From Candidatus Krumholzibacteriia bacterium (lineage in GTDB: Bacteria; Krumholzibacteriota; Krumholzibacteriia; WVZY01): a stretch of 34,410 nt of DNA. This document shows positions 27,701-34,410 of the stretch, in pieces. The notes under the pieces were generated by a model. The model was not told the origin of the DNA, searched no databases, and saw only the letters and a program-made list of their open reading frames with translations. The DNA lies in NCBI GenBank assembly GCA_036478295.1, contig JAZGDW010000048.1:1-34410 (forward strand), given 5' to 3'. A program made the position numbers and the translations under genes. Each line of letters begins with the position of its first letter. The stretch's first letter is position 1.

Positions 27701-29520
27701 CCCGTTATGATTCCATTGCAGTGACGACGGATATCATTAGCATTTCTTCAACTCCGATTCCGAATAGAGGAACGGAATTCGCCGAGGGCCGCGATATCAC
27801 CGTCCCGGTTGCGCTCCCGGCTGGGGCATCCCTTGTTCAAGGCAAACTCTACTTCCGGCAAGGCGGGGGCAACGTTTACCAGGAAGATTCCCTGGTGCAG
27901 CTCCCCGGCCAGGCGCCTCGCGCCGCGATCCCTGGTAGTATTGTCGGACCGCGCGGTGTGCAGTACTGGGTTGAGACCCGGATAATCCGGGACGGCAGGC
28001 AGGACACGTTGACCGATCCACCGGTGCTGCCGGATTCGATTCCCCGTTCAATTCGGATAACCGTGGATAAGCTCGCTTTTCCGTACAGGCTGCCCACGAC
28101 AGCATACCGGATGATCTCGATCCCCCTGGAAATGCAGGGGACAGTGACGGGAACATTGAATGAACTCGGTGACAAGGACGGTGGGAGGAGATGGCGCATG
28201 TTGAGCTACTACGGTCCACTTGGAGGCAAGCTCGGATACCGCGAAATTCCGGACACCGCGCGTTCCGTCTTCGGATTCGAGCAGGGCCGCGCCTACTGGC
28301 TCGCTACGAGGGACGAAGGAGTCAGGCTCAACACCGGGCCCACTAAGGGGACGTCTGCAACGATGGATAGTGCGTTCACCATCGTTCTGGAACCTGGATG
28401 GAACATGATCGCGAACCCGTTCGATTTTTCGGTGGCGTGGGCCTCGATGATGGTGGATACGCTCACGATGGCGCAGGCGGAAGCCACGGGGGTGATAAAC
28501 CCACCTATACGGAGAATCTTCCTGAGCAAGGGAAAGTACAGGTATAACGATCCATGGAAGGAACCAGTGACATCGCTGGAACCGTTTGACGGCTATTGGG
28601 TGTGGAACGATACCACCCAGGTTATTCTGAAGATCCCACCCGTGGGAGCCCCGGCGCCCGTCCCCGTGGCACACCGCCCTTCGACGACGGCGATCTCCCC
28701 GGAAGGAGAATGGCATCTTCGCATCCGGGCATCGTCGGTCGACGCAACGGATATCGGAAACTACGTCGGCGTTCGATCGGATGCCGCTGCGGGACGCGAC
28801 CGGCACGACATACCCGAAGCGCCGATGAGTCCGGGGCCGGCGATCTCGCTCTATTTCCCGCACAACGACTGGGAGAAACATCCGGGACTGTACACCGTGG
28901 ATATGCGCGGCAAGGCTCAGGCGGTGGATACCAAGGCGCTGGGCCTCTCGCTGGACGAGCCACAACTGTGGGGGCATGTGTGGCGTTTCGATGTGGCGAA
29001 GAACTCCGAGGGGGGGCTGGCGGACGTGGTATTGGACGTCACGGGGATCGAGACGGTTCCGGAACATGCGGCCGTCTACCTGATCGACCACGAGCTCGAG
29101 ACGGCGATCGATCTTCGCAAAGAGACCCATTACATGTTTTTCCAAGGGGCACGTGAAGTCGTCAACAACGAAGAGGACGTGCGTTTCACGCTCCTTGTGG
29201 GGAGCGACAGCTTCGTCGGGGACGTACTCCCCGCCCTGCCGACCCGGACGGTGCTTCACCCGAACTACCCGAACCCGTTCAACCCGACGACGGTGATCCG
29301 CTACGAGCTCGCGAGTGCGGCCGAGGTAACAATAAAGATCTACAATGTAACGGGTGCACTCGTAAAGACACTCGAAGCGCGGCACCGGGAGCGGGGCCGC
29401 TACGAGGCGGGATGGAACGGGGACAACAACCGGGGCCAGAAGGTCGCCTCGGGAATCTATTTCTACCGTCTACACGCCGGCGGTTTTACTCAAACCCGCA
29501 AGATGATTCTACTCAAATGA
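24760..29520 (+). CDS. Large secreted FG-GAP/VCBS repeat protein with Ig-like domains and FlgD-Ig/T9SS-type C-terminal domain
   Basis: 1586 aa from ATG 24760 (TGATG overlap with the upstream stop). Signal peptide, 14 'GDxDGDGDLDLxCGN' repeats, an ASH/choice-of-anchor-D-like Ig domain, and terminal 'NYPNPFNP...ASGIYFYRL...TRKMILLK'. Confidence 0.9.
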   Translation: MRPNRTSHAPTHRLVVYVVATVLMAFASPRSGTAQESTYSVDPLWLSSLDRITRAVALGDVDGDGDLDLVCGNGGDLDQRNTLYLNLGSVFAPDTAWSSSFSDSTFAVALGDINGDGTLDLICGNYGQKNRLYLNVGNVFSAGPDWESGPANKTTSIILGDVDGDGDLDLVCGNEGQSNTVYLNVGGVLETIPAWQSSPAKRTLSVALGDVDGDGSLDLVCGNNADSNTVYLNLDGVLDTIPAWKSSTTNRTFSVALGDMDGDGDLDLVCGNVNAENTLFQNNFGVLDTTALWLSDPLNVTTAVALGDADGDGDLDLLCGNDGQRNTFYRNNAGTLETMPIWRSARENGTFGIALGDVDGDGDLDLVCGNEQGASPRNTLYRNEAFVLDTQFAWESAEKRSTFGVALGDVDSDGDLDLVCGNGGGFDQANTLYENTGGPRVFSDTTSASWDDVNPSSTFGVTLGDINGDGRLDIVCGNSGPPVGQTNTVYLNNGGSFSTTTDWNPTPMSNTVLIALGDVDGDGDLDLACGNGGTASRENTLYLNTGSMLANTTVWQSGPAGATIGVALGDVDGDGDLDLVCGNNNGQQNTLYLNRGGVFEISPVWSSGKLKDTFGVALGDVDGDGDLDLVCGNAGATDDQRNTLYLNEFGVFAIQPVWESARNRSSTFGVALGDVDGDGDLDFFCGNGGTDTEPNTLYLNEASDGNSRVFSLDPVWSSTETRTSFGVAVGDVDGDGDLDVVYGNESQSNTLYLGKRNPVYKGLPGAPTNHLPNNSAFLDGVDLQGPDAGNQIRVTFTAIDVESDSVWIVAEYQFEGDPEWFPVDRQPSRIGPFATSPGGEMGSFDWDILQVPFDSRDIVLRLRTISVPRRVSVIQHVASYVKAVGSIAPGRPEITTSPGALSFPTVKTGNTTFADLVIKNSGTQVLNVDSIALPSPEITLKQPKSFALAPDSTETLRFFLQPLSGTPISGWVVITSDDPITRYDSIAVTTDIISISSTPIPNRGTEFAEGRDITVPVALPAGASLVQGKLYFRQGGGNVYQEDSLVQLPGQAPRAAIPGSIVGPRGVQYWVETRIIRDGRQDTLTDPPVLPDSIPRSIRITVDKLAFPYRLPTTAYRMISIPLEMQGTVTGTLNELGDKDGGRRWRMLSYYGPLGGKLGYREIPDTARSVFGFEQGRAYWLATRDEGVRLNTGPTKGTSATMDSAFTIVLEPGWNMIANPFDFSVAWASMMVDTLTMAQAEATGVINPPIRRIFLSKGKYRYNDPWKEPVTSLEPFDGYWVWNDTTQVILKIPPVGAPAPVPVAHRPSTTAISPEGEWHLRIRASSVDATDIGNYVGVRSDAAAGRDRHDIPEAPMSPGPAISLYFPHNDWEKHPGLYTVDMRGKAQAVDTKALGLSLDEPQLWGHVWRFDVAKNSEGGLADVVLDVTGIETVPEHAAVYLIDHELETAIDLRKETHYMFFQGAREVVNNEEDVRFTLLVGSDSFVGDVLPALPTRTVLHPNYPNPFNPTTVIRYELASAAEVTIKIYNVTGALVKTLEARHRERGRYEAGWNGDNNRGQKVASGIYFYRLHAGGFTQTRKMILLK
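24925..27020 (+). repeat. 14 tandem intragenic FG-GAP-type repeats (about 47-56 codons each)
   Basis: Recurrent ggcgac/gatgtcgacggcgacggcgacctcgacctcgtctgcggaaac-like DNA. All copies are in frame with synonymous variation. Confidence 0.9.
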
Positions 29521-29568
29521 CTGGCTAACGTTGGATTTTTGGAGGAGCGACACGAGCGTCGTCGCGCT

Positions 29569-29658
29569 TCAGTACGCGTGCGTCACCACCGGTATCGTCT
29601 GGTCTTCTTCTACCTTGAGTCCCTCGAGGAACGAATCCCCCAGCATGAGGATGTGAAC
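29569..29658 (-). pseudogene. Short remnant resembling SGNH/GDSL hydrolase block I
   Basis: Reads VHILMLGDSFLEGLKVEEDQTIP then stops after VVTHAY. 'ILMLGDSF.EG..V...QT' is the typical catalytic-Ser block. Confidence 0.45.
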
Positions 29659-29752
29659 ATGCGCAGACTCTTCTGGTTCCCTCCTCCCTAAGCCCTCGGC
29701 AACGGCGCGCGAAAACACACCCGTCGCTCTTCTCGATGGGCGGGAACCATGC

Positions 29753-29780
29753 TTGACAGTGTTTTCGAGATCGCTATAAT
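29753..29780 (+). promoter_or_regulatory. Perfect-consensus sigma70 promoter upstream of the MATE leader
   Basis: TTGACA (29753-29758), 16 bp, TATAAT (29775-29780). Confidence 0.85.
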
Positions 29781-29816
29781 GGTGCAAGTCTCAAAACCCG
29801 ATTGGGAAACTGACTT

Positions 29817-29927
29817 ATGATTCTAACCGTTTCAGATCCGATGCGCTTTAAGGCCGCTTTCTCAAGGGTCACCCTGCTCACGGCGCCCGAGTGTCGTACA
29901 TATAGGGGTAGGACGGTTCGCGTGTAG
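29817..29927 (+). CDS. Putative leader peptide (36 aa, MILTVSDPMRFKAAFSRVTLLTAPECRTYRGRTVRV)
   Basis: Open frame ATG 29817 to TAG 29925-29927, lying between the promoter and the terminator. Weak RBS (TGGGAAA) and a second in-frame ATG at 29841. Confidence 0.5.
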   Translation: MILTVSDPMRFKAAFSRVTLLTAPECRTYRGRTVRV

Positions 29928-29954
29928 ATTGTCGAAATCAGAATCGATGGCACG

Positions 29955-29982
29955 AGGCCCTTCCACCTGGAAGGGCTTTTTT
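29955..29982 (+). terminator. Intrinsic terminator in the MATE 5' leader (attenuator)
   Basis: AGGCCCTTCC-ACCT-GGAAGGGC followed by TTTTTT, ending 65 nt before the MATE start codon. Confidence 0.85.
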
Positions 29983-30046
29983 AGTACCTGCGCGGGTGAA
30001 TCGGATTGTAGATCTCTTTGGATATCGTACACGAATAGAGACAGCC

Positions 30047-31498
30047 ATGACCGAACCCGAAGTGAAGCAAGAAGAACTCCAGACCCGAGGTTCGCTACGG
30101 AAACGCTCTCAGTTGCGAAGCATGTTCGCCGGCCTGCGAGAAGCGATTGCAGGCGGCGAGCAGGACTTCACACAGGGCAGTATCGGGCGTGCCATTTTCT
30201 TGCTGTCGGTGCCCATGGTGCTGGAGATGCTCATGGAGAGCGTTTTCGCCGTGGTCGACGTGTACTTCGTCGCCACGCTGGGTCCGTCGGCGGTCGCTGC
30301 CGTCGGGCTGACCGAGTCGGTTCTAACGCTCATCTACGCCGTCGCATTCGGTTTCGCCATAGGAACGACGGCGATGATCGCGCGCCGCATCGGCGAAAAG
30401 AACCCTGAGGGAGCGAGAGTAGCAGCCGTGCAGGCCATGGCCCTCGCGGTACTCGGGGCGATCCCGATGACGATCGTTGGCATTTTCTTCGCCCGCGACG
30501 TGCTTGCGCTCATGGGTGCCGACGAGTGGGGCCTCACCCACGGTGTATCGTACACACGGTGGATGCTGGGCGGCAACGTTGTCATTATGTTGATTTTTAT
30601 TTTGAATGCTGTATTTCGCGGGGCGGGAGACGCAGCCATCGCCATGCGCGTTCTGTGGCTCGCCAACGGGATCAACATCGTGCTCGACCCGGCGCTAATC
30701 ACCGGCTGGGGTCCCTTTCCAGAAATGGGCATTCGGGGTGCGGCAATCGCTACCAATATCGGGCGCGCTACCGGCGTCGCCATGCAGCTCTACGTTCTGT
30801 TCTTCGGCGCGGGGCGCATCCGGGTGGCCTTCTCACAGATGCGGCTCAGGGCGTCGGTGATGCGGCGGCTCGTGCGCGTGTCACTCGGTGGAATCGGCCA
30901 GTTTGCCATCGCGACGTCATCCTGGATCGGTCTCATGCGCATCATGTCGGTCTTTGGAAGCGAAGCGCTGGCCGGCTATACAATTGCTATACGGATCGCC
31001 CTCTTTTCCATCCTGCCCGCCTGGGGCATGTCGAACGCGGCGGCGACGATGGTCGGCCAAAACCTCGGCGCGCGCAATCCAGATCGTGCCGAGAAATCGG
31101 TGTGGATCTCGGGATGGAGCACAATGGCGTTTCTGGGACTCGTGGGCGTGGTGTTTCTTGTTTTCAGCGAGGAGCTGGTCAGGATCTTCACCCGCGAGCC
31201 GGCAGTGGTCGCGGTGGGCGCGGACTGCCTGCGCGTCTTCAGCTACGGGTACCTGCTCTATGCGTGGGGTATGGTGATGAGCCAGGCGTTCAACGGGGCG
31301 GGCGATACTTACACACCGACGGTCATCAACTTCTTCTGCTTCTGGCTGCTCGAGATGCCCCTGGCGTATCTGCTGGCGATCGTGCTCGGCGTCGGCGAGC
31401 GCGGCGTCTACGCCTCGGTTGTGGTTGCGGAGTCCGCTATGGCGCTGGCGGGAATCATTATGTTTCGGCGGGGACGGTGGAAGAAAAAGGCCGTGTAA
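30047..31498 (+). CDS. MATE family efflux transporter
   Basis: 483 aa from ATG 30047, about 12 TM. Motifs 'DFTQGSIGRAIFLLSVPMVLEM', 'FRGAGDA', 'NIVLDP', 'GAAIATNIGR', 'VGQNLGA..PDRA' and 'FNGAGDT'. Confidence 0.93.
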   Translation: MTEPEVKQEELQTRGSLRKRSQLRSMFAGLREAIAGGEQDFTQGSIGRAIFLLSVPMVLEMLMESVFAVVDVYFVATLGPSAVAAVGLTESVLTLIYAVAFGFAIGTTAMIARRIGEKNPEGARVAAVQAMALAVLGAIPMTIVGIFFARDVLALMGADEWGLTHGVSYTRWMLGGNVVIMLIFILNAVFRGAGDAAIAMRVLWLANGINIVLDPALITGWGPFPEMGIRGAAIATNIGRATGVAMQLYVLFFGAGRIRVAFSQMRLRASVMRRLVRVSLGGIGQFAIATSSWIGLMRIMSVFGSEALAGYTIAIRIALFSILPAWGMSNAAATMVGQNLGARNPDRAEKSVWISGWSTMAFLGLVGVVFLVFSEELVRIFTREPAVVAVGADCLRVFSYGYLLYAWGMVMSQAFNGAGDTYTPTVINFFCFWLLEMPLAYLLAIVLGVGERGVYASVVVAESAMALAGIIMFRRGRWKKKAV

Positions 31499-31559
31499 GT
31501 TTATGGGATCTAACGAGTGAACAGTCCTCTGGAGAACTCATCCCAACGATGCGGATCCG

Positions 31560-34253
31560 CTAAATGTTCTCTTGCAGCAGCTTCTGAAACCGCGGGTTTT
31601 TGCGCAGCGGGTCCCAGGCGGCATTGAGCTTGAGCAAGTTCGGCGTGATCGAACCCGAATACACGGTATTCATCAAGCGCTCGAGAAGATCGATCGCCTC
31701 TTCGTGGCGCCCGATTATGGCGTAGACGGCGGCGAGGTTTTCGAGCGATTCCGGTCCCGCGAAATTGTCCTTGGCCGTCAGGTCGACGGCAAGCTTGGCT
31801 TCCCTCACAGCAGCGTCCTTGCGATCCAGAATGGCGTACGTAACAGACAACCACTGCCGGATGACCGAGTTGCTCGGGGCGCCGTCGAGGACCGTTTCGA
31901 GCTCCCGTGCAGACGCCTCGAGTGAGCGCCGGGCAGCCCGGGGATCTTCGGCCAACGCCTCGGCCACGGCAATAAGGTGGGATTGCAAGGCTTGAAAAAG
32001 GGGTGAGGTCTCTTTCATTTCCTGTACCGCTTCGATCGCGGCGGAATAGTTTCTCTCCCACATGTGAATGCTAAACCAGCTGAGGGCCTGCCAGAAGCCA
32101 CCCCTCGTGGATTTCGGCGGCGCCAACTCACGTGCCGCATCCACGTCGCCCTTCCATGCCACCATGTAGCGGGCCTTGGCCCACCTGTTTTGATCATCGT
32201 CCGGATCGACGTCGATGGCTCGTTCGATGGCTCGGACGGCATCTTCGAACCGCCGCATGCCTCGATACGTCGTTGCCAGGTTCGAAGCGATGTCCTCGTC
32301 CCGGGGGTCGAGATCCAGCGCCTTCTCGAGCGCCGCGTTGGACTGATCCCACTTGCCCTGGCGCCGGTATATGTAACCGATCGCCTGCTGCGCTTCGGCG
32401 TCGCTCGGTACCGCGGCCAGCGCCGCGAGGAACTCCGTTAGCGCCTGATCGTAATCGCGGAAGCCGTAGTAGAGATAGTACCCTCGCGCCAGCCGCGTCC
32501 GGTGATGATCGGGATCTATGGTTTCCGCCGCCTGAAGTGCCTTACGGGCGCGTGAGAGCCGTCCGTCGGTGTGATCAAAGATGGTGTAGTGGCTCGAATG
32601 ATGGATCGACAGTTCTGACCGTGCGGCGATAAAACCCGGATCGAGCTCGATCGCCTTTTCGAAAAGCTTTACCCTTCGCATATCGTATTCGGCAAAGTCG
32701 CCCTCCGGCTCCAGGTCTTTCGCCTGCATGTACAATTTGTACGCCTTCATGTTCTTGGTCAACGCGGTCTCGACAAGCACCCGCTCCGAACCGAGCAAGG
32801 TGACGTCGAGCTGTTCGATGACACGGCCCGCGATATCGCTCTGCACATCGAAAATGTCGTCGAGCTCGCGGTCGTACGTATCCGACCACAGGTGCGTGTC
32901 GTCGGATACGCGGATCAACTGTGGCGTGATGCGGACACGGCCGCTGCCGTCCGCCCGTTTCGCCCAGCGAACCGTCCCTTCGAGCACGTAATCGACACCA
33001 AGATCCTCACCGATTTGTTTCATCGTCTTTCCCGTCCGGTCGTACTGCGTAGCGCTCGTTCGCGAAATAACTCCGAGCCCGCTCACCGCCGCGAGGCGGC
33101 TCGTGATTTCTTCCGTCATACCTGCCGCGAAGTAGGCGTCTTCGGGTGGGCCGAGGTTTTCGAAAGGAAAGACGATCGTCATCTTGCGGTTGTCGCCGCC
33201 CGCGCGTGCGGAACCCGGCGCCGAGGAGGCGGCGACCTGCGTCGGCTGTGTCTTGTTCCCGTCGTCCTGCATCGGAGACCGGACCATCCACATGCCCGCG
33301 ACAATAACGATAACTCCACCAACGATGGCGAACGGGAGCCAGCTTCTTGACCGGGCCGCTGCAGGTGCCGCGCCGACGGTTTCCGTCAACTCCCCCGAAT
33401 CCACCTCTTTCTTCAGTCCTTCGAGCTCGTTGTGAATATCCTTCGCGCTTTGAAACCGCTTGTCGGGTTTTTTCTCGAGACAGCGGTTCACGATGCGGCC
33501 CAGGTGGTGGGGTAGCGAGTGCTTGAGCGATGTCACGCTCGGAGGGTTGTCCTTGAGGACCGAGCTGATCGTCGAGATGTGTGTGTCACCCTTGAACGGC
33601 CGCTCGCCAGTCGCCATTTCGTAAAGAACGATACCGAGCGAGAAGATGTCCGACCGGTGATCGATCGGCTTGCCTTCGGCCTGCTCGGGCGACATGTACG
33701 CAGCAGTACCGAGGATCTGTCCCACAGCTGTGTCGCTCACCGACCCCACGACGGTTTTTGCTCGTTCGGCATCGGCGGTCGGGTCGAGCAACTTCGCCAA
33801 CCCGAAATCGAGCACCTTGAGCCGGCCGCTGTGGTCGAGCATGATGTTCGCGGGCTTGAGATCACGGTGGGTGATGCTGCTCTCGTGTGCGCTGCTGATG
33901 GCGTCGGCCAGCGGTATGGCGAGGTCAAAGAGTCGCTCGAGACTAAGCCCCCCTCTGGGAATCACGTCGCGGAGGCTCTGCCCCTCGACGAGCTCCATGG
34001 TGATGAAGTGACGTCCTGCCGCTTCCTCCACCGAATAGATGGTGACGATATTGGGGTGCTTGAGCGCGGCGACCGCCCGGGCTTCGCGCTCGAAGCGCCT
34101 GCGGCGCTCGGCGTCGCGCGCCATCTCTTCGGGGAGAAACTTGATCGCGACGTCGCGGCCGAGCTTGGTGTCGCGGGCGCGGTAGACGTCGCCCATGCCG
34201 CCCGAGCCGAGTTTGTCGGTGATTTTATAATGGGATATGGTTTGGCCGATCAC
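31560..34253 (-). CDS. Hanks-type Ser/Thr protein kinase with TM helix, TolB_N-like domain and TPR repeats
   Basis: GTG start with RBS GGAGG. Motifs LGSGGMGDVY, VAIK, HRDLKPANI, DFGLA, YMSPEQ; TM 'WLPFAIVGGVIVIVAGMWMV'; 'VFPFENLG...YFAAGMTEEI'; TPRs; terminal 'WDPLRKNPRF'. Confidence 0.93.
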   Translation of the reverse strand: MIGQTISHYKITDKLGSGGMGDVYRARDTKLGRDVAIKFLPEEMARDAERRRRFEREARAVAALKHPNIVTIYSVEEAAGRHFITMELVEGQSLRDVIPRGGLSLERLFDLAIPLADAISSAHESSITHRDLKPANIMLDHSGRLKVLDFGLAKLLDPTADAERAKTVVGSVSDTAVGQILGTAAYMSPEQAEGKPIDHRSDIFSLGIVLYEMATGERPFKGDTHISTISSVLKDNPPSVTSLKHSLPHHLGRIVNRCLEKKPDKRFQSAKDIHNELEGLKKEVDSGELTETVGAAPAAARSRSWLPFAIVGGVIVIVAGMWMVRSPMQDDGNKTQPTQVAASSAPGSARAGGDNRKMTIVFPFENLGPPEDAYFAAGMTEEITSRLAAVSGLGVISRTSATQYDRTGKTMKQIGEDLGVDYVLEGTVRWAKRADGSGRVRITPQLIRVSDDTHLWSDTYDRELDDIFDVQSDIAGRVIEQLDVTLLGSERVLVETALTKNMKAYKLYMQAKDLEPEGDFAEYDMRRVKLFEKAIELDPGFIAARSELSIHHSSHYTIFDHTDGRLSRARKALQAAETIDPDHHRTRLARGYYLYYGFRDYDQALTEFLAALAAVPSDAEAQQAIGYIYRRQGKWDQSNAALEKALDLDPRDEDIASNLATTYRGMRRFEDAVRAIERAIDVDPDDDQNRWAKARYMVAWKGDVDAARELAPPKSTRGGFWQALSWFSIHMWERNYSAAIEAVQEMKETSPLFQALQSHLIAVAEALAEDPRAARRSLEASARELETVLDGAPSNSVIRQWLSVTYAILDRKDAAVREAKLAVDLTAKDNFAGPESLENLAAVYAIIGRHEEAIDLLERLMNTVYSGSITPNLLKLNAAWDPLRKNPRFQKLLQENI

Positions 34254-34313
34254 GCGTGGACCTCCGACGCCCTGGACTCAGGTAGTCAAATCGATTTTTG
34301 TCAGTAATTACTC

Positions 34314-34342
34314 ATGATAGCGGGGATCGCCCACCAAGTAAA
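34314..34342 (-). promoter_or_regulatory. sigma70-type promoter for the second kinase gene
   Basis: Minus strand TTTACT (34342-34337), 17 bp, TATCAT (34319-34314). A palindrome AGTAATTACT at 34303-34312 covers the predicted start site. Confidence 0.5.
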
Positions 34343-34410
34343 TAGCAGATGCGGTCATGGAGGGAGCGCGCCGATTTTTTCTTCGATCCCAAGACTCACG
34401 GTTTTGCGAG

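Noticed and set aside
29521..29545. attC half-sites (GGCTAACGTTGGA here; ATCTAAC at 31508)
   Set aside because: No matching second core site at a suitable distance, and the matches are too short to exceed chance.
29955..29976. Guanidine-IV riboswitch (TCCACC.GGA resembles its P1)
   Set aside because: Here the motif forms the terminator itself, and the second hairpin with its conserved loop is absent.

Overview
GC-rich bacterial chromosomal segment with about 22 intact CDSs. No tRNA, rRNA, CRISPR array or transposase is visible. Three secreted proteins end in a 'PNPFNP...YFY.L......K' FlgD-Ig/T9SS-type C-terminal domain, and two genes encode Ser/Thr kinase-TolB_N-like-TPR proteins. Together these suggest an FCB-superphylum organism such as Krumholzibacteriota or Latescibacterota (inference). 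Recognisable genes: a GT-C/PMT-type glycosyltransferase with a Wzi-family neighbour, OprO/P porin, purF, orphan lsrF, aldo/keto reductase, esterase plus TIGR02206 membrane protein, M3 peptidase, TetR, a beta-helix protein coupled to a 14-repeat FG-GAP giant, and a MATE exporter. The most interesting unannotated signals are non-coding. (1) Ahead of the MATE gene lie a perfect TTGACA-16-TATAAT promoter, a 36-codon leader ORF carrying R/K-x-R/K motifs and an intrinsic terminator, which is a candidate ribosome-sensing attenuator. (2) A TetR divergon with twin inverted operator-like sites sits next to an uncharacterised two-gene envelope operon. (3) A 30-bp ECF-promoter-like motif is shared by two intergenic regions. 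(4) Several gene remnants sit in the spacers.
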